The notes under the pieces are model-generated. The model was not told the DNA's origin. It did not search any database and saw only the letters and a program-made list of their open reading frames with translations. A program made the translations under genes and the position numbers. From the NCBI GenBank assembly GCA_902619265.1, contig CACNDL010000004.1, positions 2,513 to 66,512 of the forward strand: a DNA stretch of 64,000 nucleotides. Direction: 5' to 3'. Source of the DNA: an uncultured SAR86 cluster bacterium. Lineage in GTDB: Bacteria; Pseudomonadota; Gammaproteobacteria; Magnimaribacterales; TMED112. This document shows positions 17,783 through 27,513 of this stretch, one piece after another (positions within the stretch are counted from its first letter, which is position 1; each line of letters starts with the position of its first letter).

Positions 17783-19103
17783 TTTCTTTCTTCGTATTTA
17801 ATTTACCTAATTCAACCCCCCATTGATCGAATGGATTAATGTTCCAAAACATACTCATTAATATGGTTTTATTTTCCCAAATTGCAATTAACTCTCCTAG
17901 AGATTCTGGTGATATATTTTTTAAAAGTACTGTTGTATATCTCTTAGGTAAAACTCTCTTTTGTAAGTCAGATTCGTTTAGTGTGCCATCTCTAAGAGAT
18001 TTAGTTTGTCCTTTGAATTGTTTGAAATTCAAATCGTCATTTTCTGAAGCAATAAAGTAGCTATTGGTTTCCCTATTTCCTTGAAATAAATGCTGAAAAA
18101 AGGAGTGTTGAGATCTTGGGCCATACCCACCCCAAATAATTGATCCAGTATTAAAATCCAATAGTTCATTTGTATCTCTATCCACTGATTTTCCGAGGGA
18201 CTCCATTTCAAGCTGTTGGGCATAGGCATAGAAATTTCTCAACTTATAGTCGTAATTAAGGATTAATGTCGTATCAAAATTTAATAAATTATTGAAAACG
18301 ATATCTTGTATAGCTAATGAAAGCGCTGGATTTAACCCAGGCTTCTGTGAACTTAAAATATCTATACTAATTGCACCAGATAAGAATTTTTCAAAAGCGG
18401 TTCGACCATTGGATAAAAAGAATCCTATGTTTATTCCAGTCCATATTGAAAATCTGCCACCAGTACCAACGTCAAAATCTAGAATGTTGTTTGCATTGAT
18501 TCCATAGTCAATTGCTGATTTTCTCGATGCCGTTACAGCAAATGTGTTGTTAAGATATTTATTTTTAGTAATTACTTCATAACTTCTTAAAGTTTCAAGA
18601 GTTGAAAAAGATTTTGAAGCAATGACTAAGCCGTATTCAGACAAATCTAAATTTTTAAACTTTTCAAACTCTGCTGGGTCACTGCCTGTAACAAAATTAA
18701 TTTCGATTTCATCATTTGAAAAAACATCGTGCATAAGTTTTGGTCCTAGGTATGAACCTCCAATACCAAAAATTATTATTTTTTTAAAATTGGTTTTAAT
18801 TAATTTCGCTAAAACTTCAATTTCATCTAAACTTTTTGAATATAAATCTGATTCTGGGTCCCTATATTTAAAGTGTGTGACTGCTCTATTTTCAGTATTA
18901 TTTAGTCTGGCTCCAGACTTGAGATCCTGAAATTTTTTTGTAAATTCATGTTTTTCAGCGTAATTTTCAAAATAATTAAAAGTTGCTTCGTTGATTAATG
19001 TTGTGGATTGGTCAATTGACAAAAAGCCTGTTGAAAACTTTCGTTTACATACTCCACGAGTTTGTTCAGCAGAAATATTATTTAATAAATCTTGAAACTT
19101 CAC
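17775..19103 (-). CDS. pgi: Glucose-6-phosphate isomerase
   Basis: GIGGSYLGP, SKSFSTLET, GGRFS, QQLEMESLGK, INPFDQWGVELGK. Confidence 0.92.
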   Translation of the reverse strand: MKFQDLLNNISAEQTRGVCKRKFSTGFLSIDQSTTLINEATFNYFENYAEKHEFTKKFQDLKSGARLNNTENRAVTHFKYRDPESDLYSKSLDEIEVLAKLIKTNFKKIIIFGIGGSYLGPKLMHDVFSNDEIEINFVTGSDPAEFEKFKNLDLSEYGLVIASKSFSTLETLRSYEVITKNKYLNNTFAVTASRKSAIDYGINANNILDFDVGTGGRFSIWTGINIGFFLSNGRTAFEKFLSGAISIDILSSQKPGLNPALSLAIQDIVFNNLLNFDTTLILNYDYKLRNFYAYAQQLEMESLGKSVDRDTNELLDFNTGSIIWGGYGPRSQHSFFQHLFQGNRETNSYFIASENDDLNFKQFKGQTKSLRDGTLNESDLQKRVLPKRYTTVLLKNISPESLGELIAIWENKTILMSMFWNINPFDQWGVELGKLNTKKEIE

Positions 19104-19753
19104 GAGTAATCCTTTATGGCTTCTTCAATGTCTTTTGCCTGTGTAATCGGTCTACCAACTACAATGTAATCGGCACCTTTAGAATATGCTTCACCCGATG
19201 TCATTACTCTTTTTTGATCATCGAATGTGTGTTGATTTCTTATACCTGGCACAACTTTTATCAATGAAGTGTCTTTAATGAATTCAAGCTCTTGTGAACT
19301 ACATACAATTCCATCAATTTTCGTCTCCATTGCAACATTGATTAAGTTATCAAATTGTTTTTTGAAATCATTGTTATAAAGTTCTCTGGTATCACTATCA
19401 TCAAGACTTGTGAGCAAACTAACACCAAGAATCTTTGTATCTCCCTTAGATTCATTCGCAGCTTGAATCATATCTCGACCACCTTGAAGATGTATTGTTG
19501 TTAGTTTGACATTATATTGAGATATTTCTTCAACCGATTTTTTGACAGTATTTGGTATATCATGCAATTTCAAATCTAAAAATATCTCAAAACCCTTATG
19601 AGACAAAAATTCTAAAACCTTTGGTCCTTCTGATATAAATAGCTGTAAACCTACTTTGGCAATACATTTTTGAGGATCAAGCTTAGAAATGAAATTAGAC
19701 ACTTCATCGATGTTTTTAAAATCGAGGGCAATAATTAGTCTTTTGTTCGACAT
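19100..19753 (-). CDS. pyrF: Orotidine-5'-phosphate decarboxylase
   Basis: FLDLKLHDIPNT, VPGIR, VVGRPI. Confidence 0.96.
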   Translation of the reverse strand: MSNKRLIIALDFKNIDEVSNFISKLDPQKCIAKVGLQLFISEGPKVLEFLSHKGFEIFLDLKLHDIPNTVKKSVEEISQYNVKLTTIHLQGGRDMIQAANESKGDTKILGVSLLTSLDDSDTRELYNNDFKKQFDNLINVAMETKIDGIVCSSQELEFIKDTSLIKVVPGIRNQHTFDDQKRVMTSGEAYSKGADYIVVGRPITQAKDIEEAIKDYS

Positions 19754-19786
19754 AACTTGAATTGTATTTAAAAGATTTGATATTTA

Positions 19787-21100
19787 CTAGGAAACAAGGG
19801 TAAGAGAGATTCTCTCTCTTTCAGAATCCATGCCACTAATAGAAACTGTAACTTCTTCACCAGCTTTATATAAATCTTGTATTGTTTGAGAGCCTACTTC
19901 GATCTCTGAGTGGTGTATTAATCCATCAATACCACCATCTAATTCAACAAACACACCAAAATCGGTCACTGATTTAATTTTAAGTTTCTCAAGAATATCA
20001 CCATTGTTATGTTTATCTTCAAACTCTTTCCATGGATTTTCTGTGGTATGTTTTCTACTCAACGAAACTTTCCTTTCTTCAAGATCAATTTCCATAACTT
20101 TCACATCAATTTTATCGCCTTTCTCTAGAATTGAAGCTGGGTTGATGTTTTTATTTTTCCAATCAAGATCGGTGATGTGTACTAGTCCTTCGATATCATC
20201 ATCAAGTTTAACGAAGCATCCATAATCTGTAGTTAAAGCAACTTCTCCGTTCACAACTTGGCCAACATGATACTTACTTTCAATATCTTTCCAAGGATCC
20301 TCAGAAAGTTGTTTTAGACCTAAAGAAACTCTCATTTTTTCTTCGTCAAAGGAGAGAACCATGAATTCCATTTTATCACCAACTTTAAGTACTTCTTTTG
20401 GATGCATTACTCTTTTCCAAGATAAATCGGTAATATGAAGTAGGCCGTCTAAACCGCCCAGATCAACAAAAGCACCATAGTCTGTCAGGTTTTTGATGGT
20501 GCCCTCAATTTTTTCGCCTTCTTTGATGATTCCTAGCAATCTTTCTCTCTCTTCAGAATTTTGTTCTTGCAATACTGCTTTTCTGGAAAGAACAATGTTT
20601 GATCTTTTCTTATCGAATTTCATTACTTTGAAATCAAGAGTTTGGCCTGTTAAGTCTGGATAATCCTTACCTCCTTTTGGATCTATAAGAGAGCCAGGTA
20701 AGAATGCTTTGACGACATCAACGAATACTGTAAAGCCACCCTTAACTTTATTAACGACTTTACCTTCGACGTAGACACCGTCATTATGGGCTGTTTCCAA
20801 CTTATCCCAAGTTTCTTGTTTTCTTGCTTTATCTCGAGAAAGTCTGATCTCACCGTATCCATCATCGAGTGCATCAAGCATGACTTCGACCTCATCGCCT
20901 ACCTCAACAACTAATTTACTTGCGTGATCTTGAAATTCTTCAATGGATACAAGCCCGTCAGATTTGAAACCAATGTCTAATGTGACCCACTTCTTACCAA
21001 TTTCTACAACATTGGCTTTAACCAATGATCCTTGCACAAGATTAAACTCGCTAAAACTTTTATCTAGCAAATTTTGTAATGTGTTATCAGTATTTTTCAT
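19787..21100 (-). CDS. rpsA: 30S ribosomal protein S1 (five S1 domains)
   Basis: Repeats TDYGAFVDLGGLDGLLHITD, TDYGCFV, TDFGVFV; follows cmk. Confidence 0.95.
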   Translation of the reverse strand: MKNTDNTLQNLLDKSFSEFNLVQGSLVKANVVEIGKKWVTLDIGFKSDGLVSIEEFQDHASKLVVEVGDEVEVMLDALDDGYGEIRLSRDKARKQETWDKLETAHNDGVYVEGKVVNKVKGGFTVFVDVVKAFLPGSLIDPKGGKDYPDLTGQTLDFKVMKFDKKRSNIVLSRKAVLQEQNSEERERLLGIIKEGEKIEGTIKNLTDYGAFVDLGGLDGLLHITDLSWKRVMHPKEVLKVGDKMEFMVLSFDEEKMRVSLGLKQLSEDPWKDIESKYHVGQVVNGEVALTTDYGCFVKLDDDIEGLVHITDLDWKNKNINPASILEKGDKIDVKVMEIDLEERKVSLSRKHTTENPWKEFEDKHNNGDILEKLKIKSVTDFGVFVELDGGIDGLIHHSEIEVGSQTIQDLYKAGEEVTVSISGMDSERERISLTLVS

Positions 21101-21728
21101 CAATCAATTTTTTTATCAAATTTGTAATTTCTCCAACAGTCTTCTCTGAACTGTCAATGAAGATTGAATCCTCAGTTTGTTTTAATGGTGATTGAGTTCT
21201 TTTAGTGTCTCTATCATCCCTGAGCACAATCTCATTTTTGAGTTCGGAAATATTAACCTTTTGTCCAGCATTTCTCAACTGATTTGCTCTTCTCATTACT
21301 CTTTCTTCTAAATTTGCGGTTAAAAAAATTTTTACGAGTGAATCTGGAAAAAGTTTAGATGACATATCACGTCCTTCAGCGACTAAACCCGGTGCTTTTC
21401 GATAGGTTTTTTGAATCATGGTTAATTTATCTCTTACCGCAGATAATTGAGATAGCTCTGATGAAAGTTTTGTTATTGCAGGACCTCTTATTTCATCAGT
21501 GATACTCTTATTTCGGTATGAAATAGTTTCATGTTCGAGATCATATTCGTGATCTATATTGTTTATCTCTTGCGTTATATCTGAGACCCCTATTGAATGC
21601 AGAAAAGCATAACATCTATATATCAGACCACTATCTAAGTAATTCCAATTTAAATCAATTGCTAAGGCTTTTGAGATAGTTCCTTTACCAGAACCAGAGG
21701 GTCCATCAATTGTAACTATTGGTACCAT
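21087..21728 (-). CDS. cmk: Cytidylate kinase
   Basis: TIDGPSGSGKGT, LDSGLIYR, VAEGRD, RDDRD. Confidence 0.95.
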   Translation of the reverse strand: MVPIVTIDGPSGSGKGTISKALAIDLNWNYLDSGLIYRCYAFLHSIGVSDITQEINNIDHEYDLEHETISYRNKSITDEIRGPAITKLSSELSQLSAVRDKLTMIQKTYRKAPGLVAEGRDMSSKLFPDSLVKIFLTANLEERVMRRANQLRNAGQKVNISELKNEIVLRDDRDTKRTQSPLKQTEDSIFIDSSEKTVGEITNLIKKLIDEKY

Positions 21729-22897
21729 GCTTTTATCACCTCAAAGAAACCTGGAAATGAAGTTTCCACTGATTCAGTTTCATCAAAATTAATTTTTTTA
21801 CCTGTTACTAGCGCTGCAATCACAAAACTCATAATAATCCTATGATCGCCACCTGTCTCTAAATCTACACTATCATTATCATAATTTTTCGACGGGATGA
21901 TTTCAAAACCGTCTTCAAATTCTGTTAGACCAATATTTGGATTAAACTTTTTCATGTTATCCAGCAATAAACTAATCCTGTCAGATTCTTTATATCTCAG
22001 TTCTTTAGCATCTCTAATTGTAGTTTTCCCCTCAGCAAACATTGCCAAAATTGCAATCAAAGGTATTTCATCTATTAAATTAGGAATACTTTGTCCTGAA
22101 ATTGAAACTCCTTTTAAATTTGTATCAAGCTTGGCGGTTAGGTCTGCTCTAGGTTCATTGGATATTGTGCAAGCATTATGTAACTCAATTTTTGCGCCCA
22201 TCTCCTCTAAAACATTTAGAAAAGCTGTTCTGGTTTTATTCACTCCGACACCTTCTAGAGGAATATCTTTGTTTGTGAGAATATTTGCGGCAATAAGGTA
22301 TGCTGCGGAAGAAAAATCTTTGGGAACATCGATGAATTTCTTTGTTATTTCTTTGGTGCCATCAAAGATTATTTTATTTCCCTCTTTGAAAATTTCTGCA
22401 TCACATTCTTTCAATAAACGCTCTGTGTGATCTCTGGAAGGTATATTTTCGATTATTTCAATTTTAGTTTTTGATGAAAGAGCTGCTAATAGCAAACATG
22501 ATTTAATTTGAGCACTTGGTATTTCTAATTCATATACAAAATTCGATTGTAATTTTGATTCAGCTATTTCAATTGGTGGGTATTTATCTTCTCTCAAAAA
22601 AATTTTTGCACCCCAATTATTTAGCGGATCAGAAATTCTTCTCATTGGTCTTTTAGAAAGTGATTTGTCACCTATTAAAGTACATTTTTTTCCTGATCCA
22701 GCAATATATCCCGTCAAAAGACGAATACCTGTACCTGAGTTACCTAAATTAAGCGTAAGATTTTTACTGTATTGAGCAAATTGTTTTGCAGCCTCAAGGG
22801 TATTTTTTACGTCTTCTCCAATGAACCTTTCATCGAAATCTAAATTTAAAACAGCGCATCTTTGAGCAATAGATTTGTCTTTGGGCAGTTCAATCAC
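21716..22897 (-). CDS. aroA: EPSP synthase (class II, shortened N-terminus)
   Basis: DKSIAQR, GNSGTGIRL, SAQIKS, RDHTE, ELRYKESDRI, DHRI. Confidence 0.92.
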   Translation of the reverse strand: MIELPKDKSIAQRCAVLNLDFDERFIGEDVKNTLEAAKQFAQYSKNLTLNLGNSGTGIRLLTGYIAGSGKKCTLIGDKSLSKRPMRRISDPLNNWGAKIFLREDKYPPIEIAESKLQSNFVYELEIPSAQIKSCLLLAALSSKTKIEIIENIPSRDHTERLLKECDAEIFKEGNKIIFDGTKEITKKFIDVPKDFSSAAYLIAANILTNKDIPLEGVGVNKTRTAFLNVLEEMGAKIELHNACTISNEPRADLTAKLDTNLKGVSISGQSIPNLIDEIPLIAILAMFAEGKTTIRDAKELRYKESDRISLLLDNMKKFNPNIGLTEFEDGFEIIPSKNYDNDSVDLETGGDHRIIMSFVIAALVTGKKINFDETESVETSFPGFFEVIKAWYQ

Positions 22898-23616
22898 AAT
22901 AGTTTTTTCTTAAGCTTTTCTTTTATATATTCAAGATTTTCTTTATTATCCAAAAATATTTCACGCCAAAGATGTTCATCTGCTTCTGATAGCCTCAGTA
23001 TTTCTTTGAGGCTATCGCCCGAGAATCTTTTGTAGTCAATATTTTCTTCATCAAGTATTTCTCTGTATATAAAACTAAACAAATGAGGAAAATGGCTGAG
23101 AAAAGCGTAATTCTTATTATGTTCTGAAAAATTCATTACAGTGGTGTTTGCCCCCAGTGAGCTCCAAAATGATCTTAATTCAGATAACTTTTCTTGATAA
23201 GGTGTATCAATAATAATTACTTCTTTTCCCTTAAATAAATCTGGTTCAGCATCTACAGGTCCAACTTTATGACTTCCACAAATAGGATGTGATGAAATAA
23301 AATTTGGAGGCAGATCTGCTTCTTGCAAAAAGTTTTTAGAACTTGAAATATCAGTAATAAGGCTTTCAGGAAATTTGGAAGAAAAATATGAGATATGCTC
23401 AAGAACATCTTTTTGTCTTGTACAAATAATTATTAAATCAAACTCTCCTTTGATATCTGAAACATCTGAAAATATATTTTTATAGATATTAAGGTTTTTT
23501 AAAGTTGTAAGATAAGCTTCATGTGTTTCAAAACATGTAACATTATGGTTTTCTAAGGCATGAGCCATTGAAGTACCCATAAAACCTGAACCTGCTATTA
23601 ATATTTCTTTACTCAT
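22894..23616 (-). CDS. tyrA: Prephenate/arogenate dehydrogenase
   Basis: GSGFMG, DISSSK, HPICGS, SHFPH; synteny with aroA. Confidence 0.85.
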   Translation of the reverse strand: MSKEILIAGSGFMGTSMAHALENHNVTCFETHEAYLTTLKNLNIYKNIFSDVSDIKGEFDLIIICTRQKDVLEHISYFSSKFPESLITDISSSKNFLQEADLPPNFISSHPICGSHKVGPVDAEPDLFKGKEVIIIDTPYQEKLSELRSFWSSLGANTTVMNFSEHNKNYAFLSHFPHLFSFIYREILDEENIDYKRFSGDSLKEILRLSEADEHLWREIFLDNKENLEYIKEKLKKKLL

Positions 23617-23881
23617 TATTTTTTTGAGCGTTAAGTGATGTTTTCATAATCTCGACGAATATAGACTTTAAATCCTCTTTTGGATATAGGAGTGAAAGTT
23701 CTTCAATCTTTTTTAGGATTTCTTCTTCTCTAGAATCATCATGCATATTTTTATCTAAGTTTTTTTTAACTTTTCCTATTTGAAGTGAAAGATTTAGTCT
23801 AGATTCAAGTAAAGCAATAATTTCTGAGTCAATTGCGTCTATTTCTTCTCTAATAAATAAAAGTGCTTTTTCATCATCCAT
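23609..23881 (-). CDS. Stand-alone chorismate mutase (AroQ type)
   Basis: IREEIDAIDSEIIALLESR...IGKVK...DDSREEEIL; 90 aa, in the usual pheA position. Confidence 0.85.
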   Translation of the reverse strand: MDDEKALLFIREEIDAIDSEIIALLESRLNLSLQIGKVKKNLDKNMHDDSREEEILKKIEELSLLYPKEDLKSIFVEIMKTSLNAQKNNE

Positions 23882-24956
23882 AATTTTTCTCAAAATTTTC
23901 CATAAAATCTTTCAGAGCAGAAACTGATTCCATTTTCATTGAATTGTAAATGCTAGCTCGCATTCCACCAACTGTTCGATGGCCTTTCAAATATCTTAGA
24001 TCAGCTTTTTCAGCTTCATCTAAAAAAACTTTTTCTAGCTCGCTATTTACAATAGTGAATACCACATTATTAATAGATCTTTGTTCTGGATTTACTGGGT
24101 TCAGATAAAAATCTGATTTATCGATTAGATCGTATAACATGGCTGTTTTAGCTATGCTTTGTTTTTCCATTTCAGCTACGCCGCCGTTTTCCAAATACCA
24201 ATCAAACATTTTTCCGGCCACATACCAACCGAATGTATTAGGTGTATTAAGCATGGATCCTTCATTAGCATGCGCATCATACTTAAGAATATTTGGTAAA
24301 TCAGGGTTAGATTTTTCCATGAGTTCTTTTTTTGCAATTACTAAGGTTATCCCTGAAGGACCAAAATTCTTTTGTGCACAAGCGTAAATGAAGTCATATT
24401 TTGTGACATCGATATCCTCAGAAAATAAACATGAAGACATATCAACAAAAGAGTACGGAGAAAACTTAGGTTCTTGTGTAATTCTAATACCTTGAATGGT
24501 TTCATTTTTACAGTAATGAACAAGAGCAGAATTTTCCTTGATATTCCAATCAGAAATAAGGTCAATGTTCGTATAGTTATTTTCTTTAGATGATGTGCAT
24601 ATATTTACATTACAAATCTTTGAAGCTTCTTTTATTGCCTTGGCAGACCATGAGCCAACGTCTGCAAAGTTAGATATTTCACCTAAATGAGCAAAGTTCA
24701 TTGGAATGAGTGAAAACTGTAAGGTTGCTCCACCTTGCATAAAAATTACATCGTAGTCGACAGGTATGGAAAGCAATTTTCTAACTGAAATTTCAGCCTT
24801 GTTAGCTACTTCTTTAAAAACTTGATCACGATGACTGATTTCAATTATAGAAGATCCAATACCTTCATAATCGTACAACTCAGATTCAACTGCTTCTAAT
24901 ATTTCAACGGGCAATGTGGCTGGACCAGCACTGAAATTATGAACTCTCTTCTTCAT
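23874..24956 (-). CDS. serC: Phosphoserine aminotransferase
   Basis: NFSAGPATLP, QGGATLQF, AQKNFGPSG, GHRTVGGMRASIYN. Confidence 0.96.
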   Translation of the reverse strand: MKKRVHNFSAGPATLPVEILEAVESELYDYEGIGSSIIEISHRDQVFKEVANKAEISVRKLLSIPVDYDVIFMQGGATLQFSLIPMNFAHLGEISNFADVGSWSAKAIKEASKICNVNICTSSKENNYTNIDLISDWNIKENSALVHYCKNETIQGIRITQEPKFSPYSFVDMSSCLFSEDIDVTKYDFIYACAQKNFGPSGITLVIAKKELMEKSNPDLPNILKYDAHANEGSMLNTPNTFGWYVAGKMFDWYLENGGVAEMEKQSIAKTAMLYDLIDKSDFYLNPVNPEQRSINNVVFTIVNSELEKVFLDEAEKADLRYLKGHRTVGGMRASIYNSMKMESVSALKDFMENFEKNYG

Positions 24957-27486
24957 CAAGACTTTCTTTGAAGCCTACTGCATCAACAAGCATCTCTGCC
25001 TCTCTGGTTGTAACTACCTTCACTCCTTGTGTGTTTCTGCCGATTACACTTATTTGATCAACTTTTGTTCTAATCATGGTGCCTTTGTTTCCTATAAGCA
25101 TAACTTCGTCTCCGTCTAAAACTTGAACTGCAGCTACCATTTTTCCATTTCTAGTTGAGGTATTCAGAGCAATAACGCCTTTCCCGCCTCTTTTTTGTCC
25201 ACTAAATTCTGAAATATTAGTCCTTTTACCGTATCCGTTTTCACTTAGAGTAAGCAGCTTTGCATCTGGTATGACTTTAATCATTGAAATTACTCTGTCG
25301 GTTTTACCGATATTCATGCCTTTCACACCTCTGGTAGATCGACCCATTGCTCTAACATCAGATTCTTTGAATCTTATAGCTTTTCCTGTTTCAGATGCTA
25401 GACAAACCTCATCTTTGCCATCTGTAATTATAGTGCCGATTAATTTGTCACCTTCATCAAGATTGATTGCTCTTAAACCTGGCGCATATCTCTTTTGAAA
25501 TGCGGTCAGAGCAGTTTTCTTTACTACTCCATTCTTGGTAGCCATTATTATGAAATGACCTTCCTTGTATTCATCTACTGGCAAGAAAGAAGTAACTTTT
25601 TCATCTTCTTCAAGAGGTAGGACATTTGAAATAGGTCTGCCTTTTGCAGTTCTAGACATTACAGGCAACTTATAAATCTCCAGCCAATGTACTTTACCCT
25701 TAGTTGTGAAACATAAAACTTGAACGTGCGTGTTAAGAACCAAGACCTGTTTTATAAAGTCTTCCTCTCTTAAAGCAGAAGCAGTTTTTCCAACGCCACC
25801 TCTCCTTTGTGATCTATATTCCGCTAACTGTTGGGTTTTAACAAAACCGTTATTAGAAATTGTGAATACTCTTTCTTCTTCTGGTATTAAGTCAGCGTCA
25901 TCAATCGTTAATCTTCTTTCAATGATTTCTGTTCTTCTTTCATCTCCAAAATTTTCTTTGATTTCATTAAGTTCTTCTTTTACAACTTCAACCAATCTGG
26001 ATTTGTTCGAAAGAATTTCTTGCAGTTCTTTTATTTGTTTTACAAGCTCTTCGTATTCTTCGTTTAATTTGTCAGTTTCAAGTGCTGTAAGTCTGCTTAA
26101 TCTTAATTCTAAGATTGCTTTTGCCTGCACAAGGGAAAGCTTATATTCCTTTCCATTTAAACCAAAACCTTCCTCTAATCCTTCGGGTTTACAAATATCA
26201 GGATCAGCAACTTTGTCTAATAGCGGTTTGATAGTTGATGCTGACCAATTTCTTTCGCAAAGTTTATCAGCAGCAACTTTGGAATTTTCTGATTTTTTTA
26301 TTATTTCGATTACTTCATCAATATTAGCAATTGCAACGATTAGACCTTCAACAATGTGTCCCCTTTCCTTCGCTTGACGAAGCTCATAAAGAGACCTATT
26401 AGTAATAACATCTTTCCTATGATCTAAGAAGATATTAAGTAGCTGTTGTAAATTGCATAATTGTGGTTTGCCATCAACAAGAACAACATTATTAATACCA
26501 AAAACTTGCTCCAACTGAGAATGTTTTATGAGATTATTTAAAACCACTTCTGGGACTTCACCTTTTTTTAGCTCCACAACTACCCTCATTCCATCTTTAT
26601 CTGATTCATCCCTAATTTCACCTATGCCTTCAAGTTTCTTTTCCTTGACGAGTTCAGCAATTCTTTCAAGCATTCTTGCCTTATTAACCATAAATGGTAT
26701 CTCGGTAATAATTATTGCTTCTTTCCCACCTTTCATTTCCTCGATAGCAGTCTTACCTCTTACATAAACTTTTCCTTGGCCTGTTCTGTAAGCTTGTTCA
26801 ATGCCATCTATGCCTGTTACTATTCCACCTAGTGGAAAATCTGGTCCTTTAACAATTTTTATTAAGTCATCAACTGAAGCATCAGGATTATCTAAAATAT
26901 GCAAACAGGCATCCAATACTTCGGTCAGATTATGTGGCGGAATATTAGTTGCCATACCAACTGCTATGCCTGAAGAACCGTTTATCAACAAATTAGGAAT
27001 TCTAGTTGGCAGAACATCAGGAATGTCTTCAGTCCCGTCGTAATTTGGAGAGTAACTTACTGTTTCTTTTTCAATGTCTGCAAGTATTTGATCAGTAATT
27101 TTTTGCATTCTGATTTCTGTGTATCTCATCGCTGCAGCTGAATCACCATCAATGCTACCAAAGTTCCCTTGTCCTTGTATTAGTGGATACCTGAGAGAAA
27201 AGTCCTGTGTCATTCTTACTATGGCGTCATAAACTGCAGTATCACCGTGTGGATGATATTTACCAATCACATCTCCTACGACTCTCGCTGACTTTTTATT
27301 AGGTTTATTGTAGGTGTTGGACAGTTTGTGCATGGCAAACAAAATTCGTCTGTGAACTGGTTTCATGCCATCTCGAGCATCAGGTAAAGCTCGCCCAACT
27401 ATGACACTCATAGCGTAGTCCAAATAGGACTTTTTTAACTCTTCTTTAATGTCAACAGAAAGGACTTCTTTAGCAAACTCTTGCAC
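24937..27486 (-). CDS. gyrA: DNA gyrase subunit A
   Basis: GKYHPHGD, AAMRYTE, GyrA-box QRRGGVG, C-terminal pinwheel repeats. Confidence 0.98.
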   Translation of the reverse strand: MQEFAKEVLSVDIKEELKKSYLDYAMSVIVGRALPDARDGMKPVHRRILFAMHKLSNTYNKPNKKSARVVGDVIGKYHPHGDTAVYDAIVRMTQDFSLRYPLIQGQGNFGSIDGDSAAAMRYTEIRMQKITDQILADIEKETVSYSPNYDGTEDIPDVLPTRIPNLLINGSSGIAVGMATNIPPHNLTEVLDACLHILDNPDASVDDLIKIVKGPDFPLGGIVTGIDGIEQAYRTGQGKVYVRGKTAIEEMKGGKEAIIITEIPFMVNKARMLERIAELVKEKKLEGIGEIRDESDKDGMRVVVELKKGEVPEVVLNNLIKHSQLEQVFGINNVVLVDGKPQLCNLQQLLNIFLDHRKDVITNRSLYELRQAKERGHIVEGLIVAIANIDEVIEIIKKSENSKVAADKLCERNWSASTIKPLLDKVADPDICKPEGLEEGFGLNGKEYKLSLVQAKAILELRLSRLTALETDKLNEEYEELVKQIKELQEILSNKSRLVEVVKEELNEIKENFGDERRTEIIERRLTIDDADLIPEEERVFTISNNGFVKTQQLAEYRSQRRGGVGKTASALREEDFIKQVLVLNTHVQVLCFTTKGKVHWLEIYKLPVMSRTAKGRPISNVLPLEEDEKVTSFLPVDEYKEGHFIIMATKNGVVKKTALTAFQKRYAPGLRAINLDEGDKLIGTIITDGKDEVCLASETGKAIRFKESDVRAMGRSTRGVKGMNIGKTDRVISMIKVIPDAKLLTLSENGYGKRTNISEFSGQKRGGKGVIALNTSTRNGKMVAAVQVLDGDEVMLIGNKGTMIRTKVDQISVIGRNTQGVKVVTTREAEMLVDAVGFKESLDEEESS

Positions 27487-27513
27487 GTACCTATTTTATC
27501 ATAGGGATCTCAA

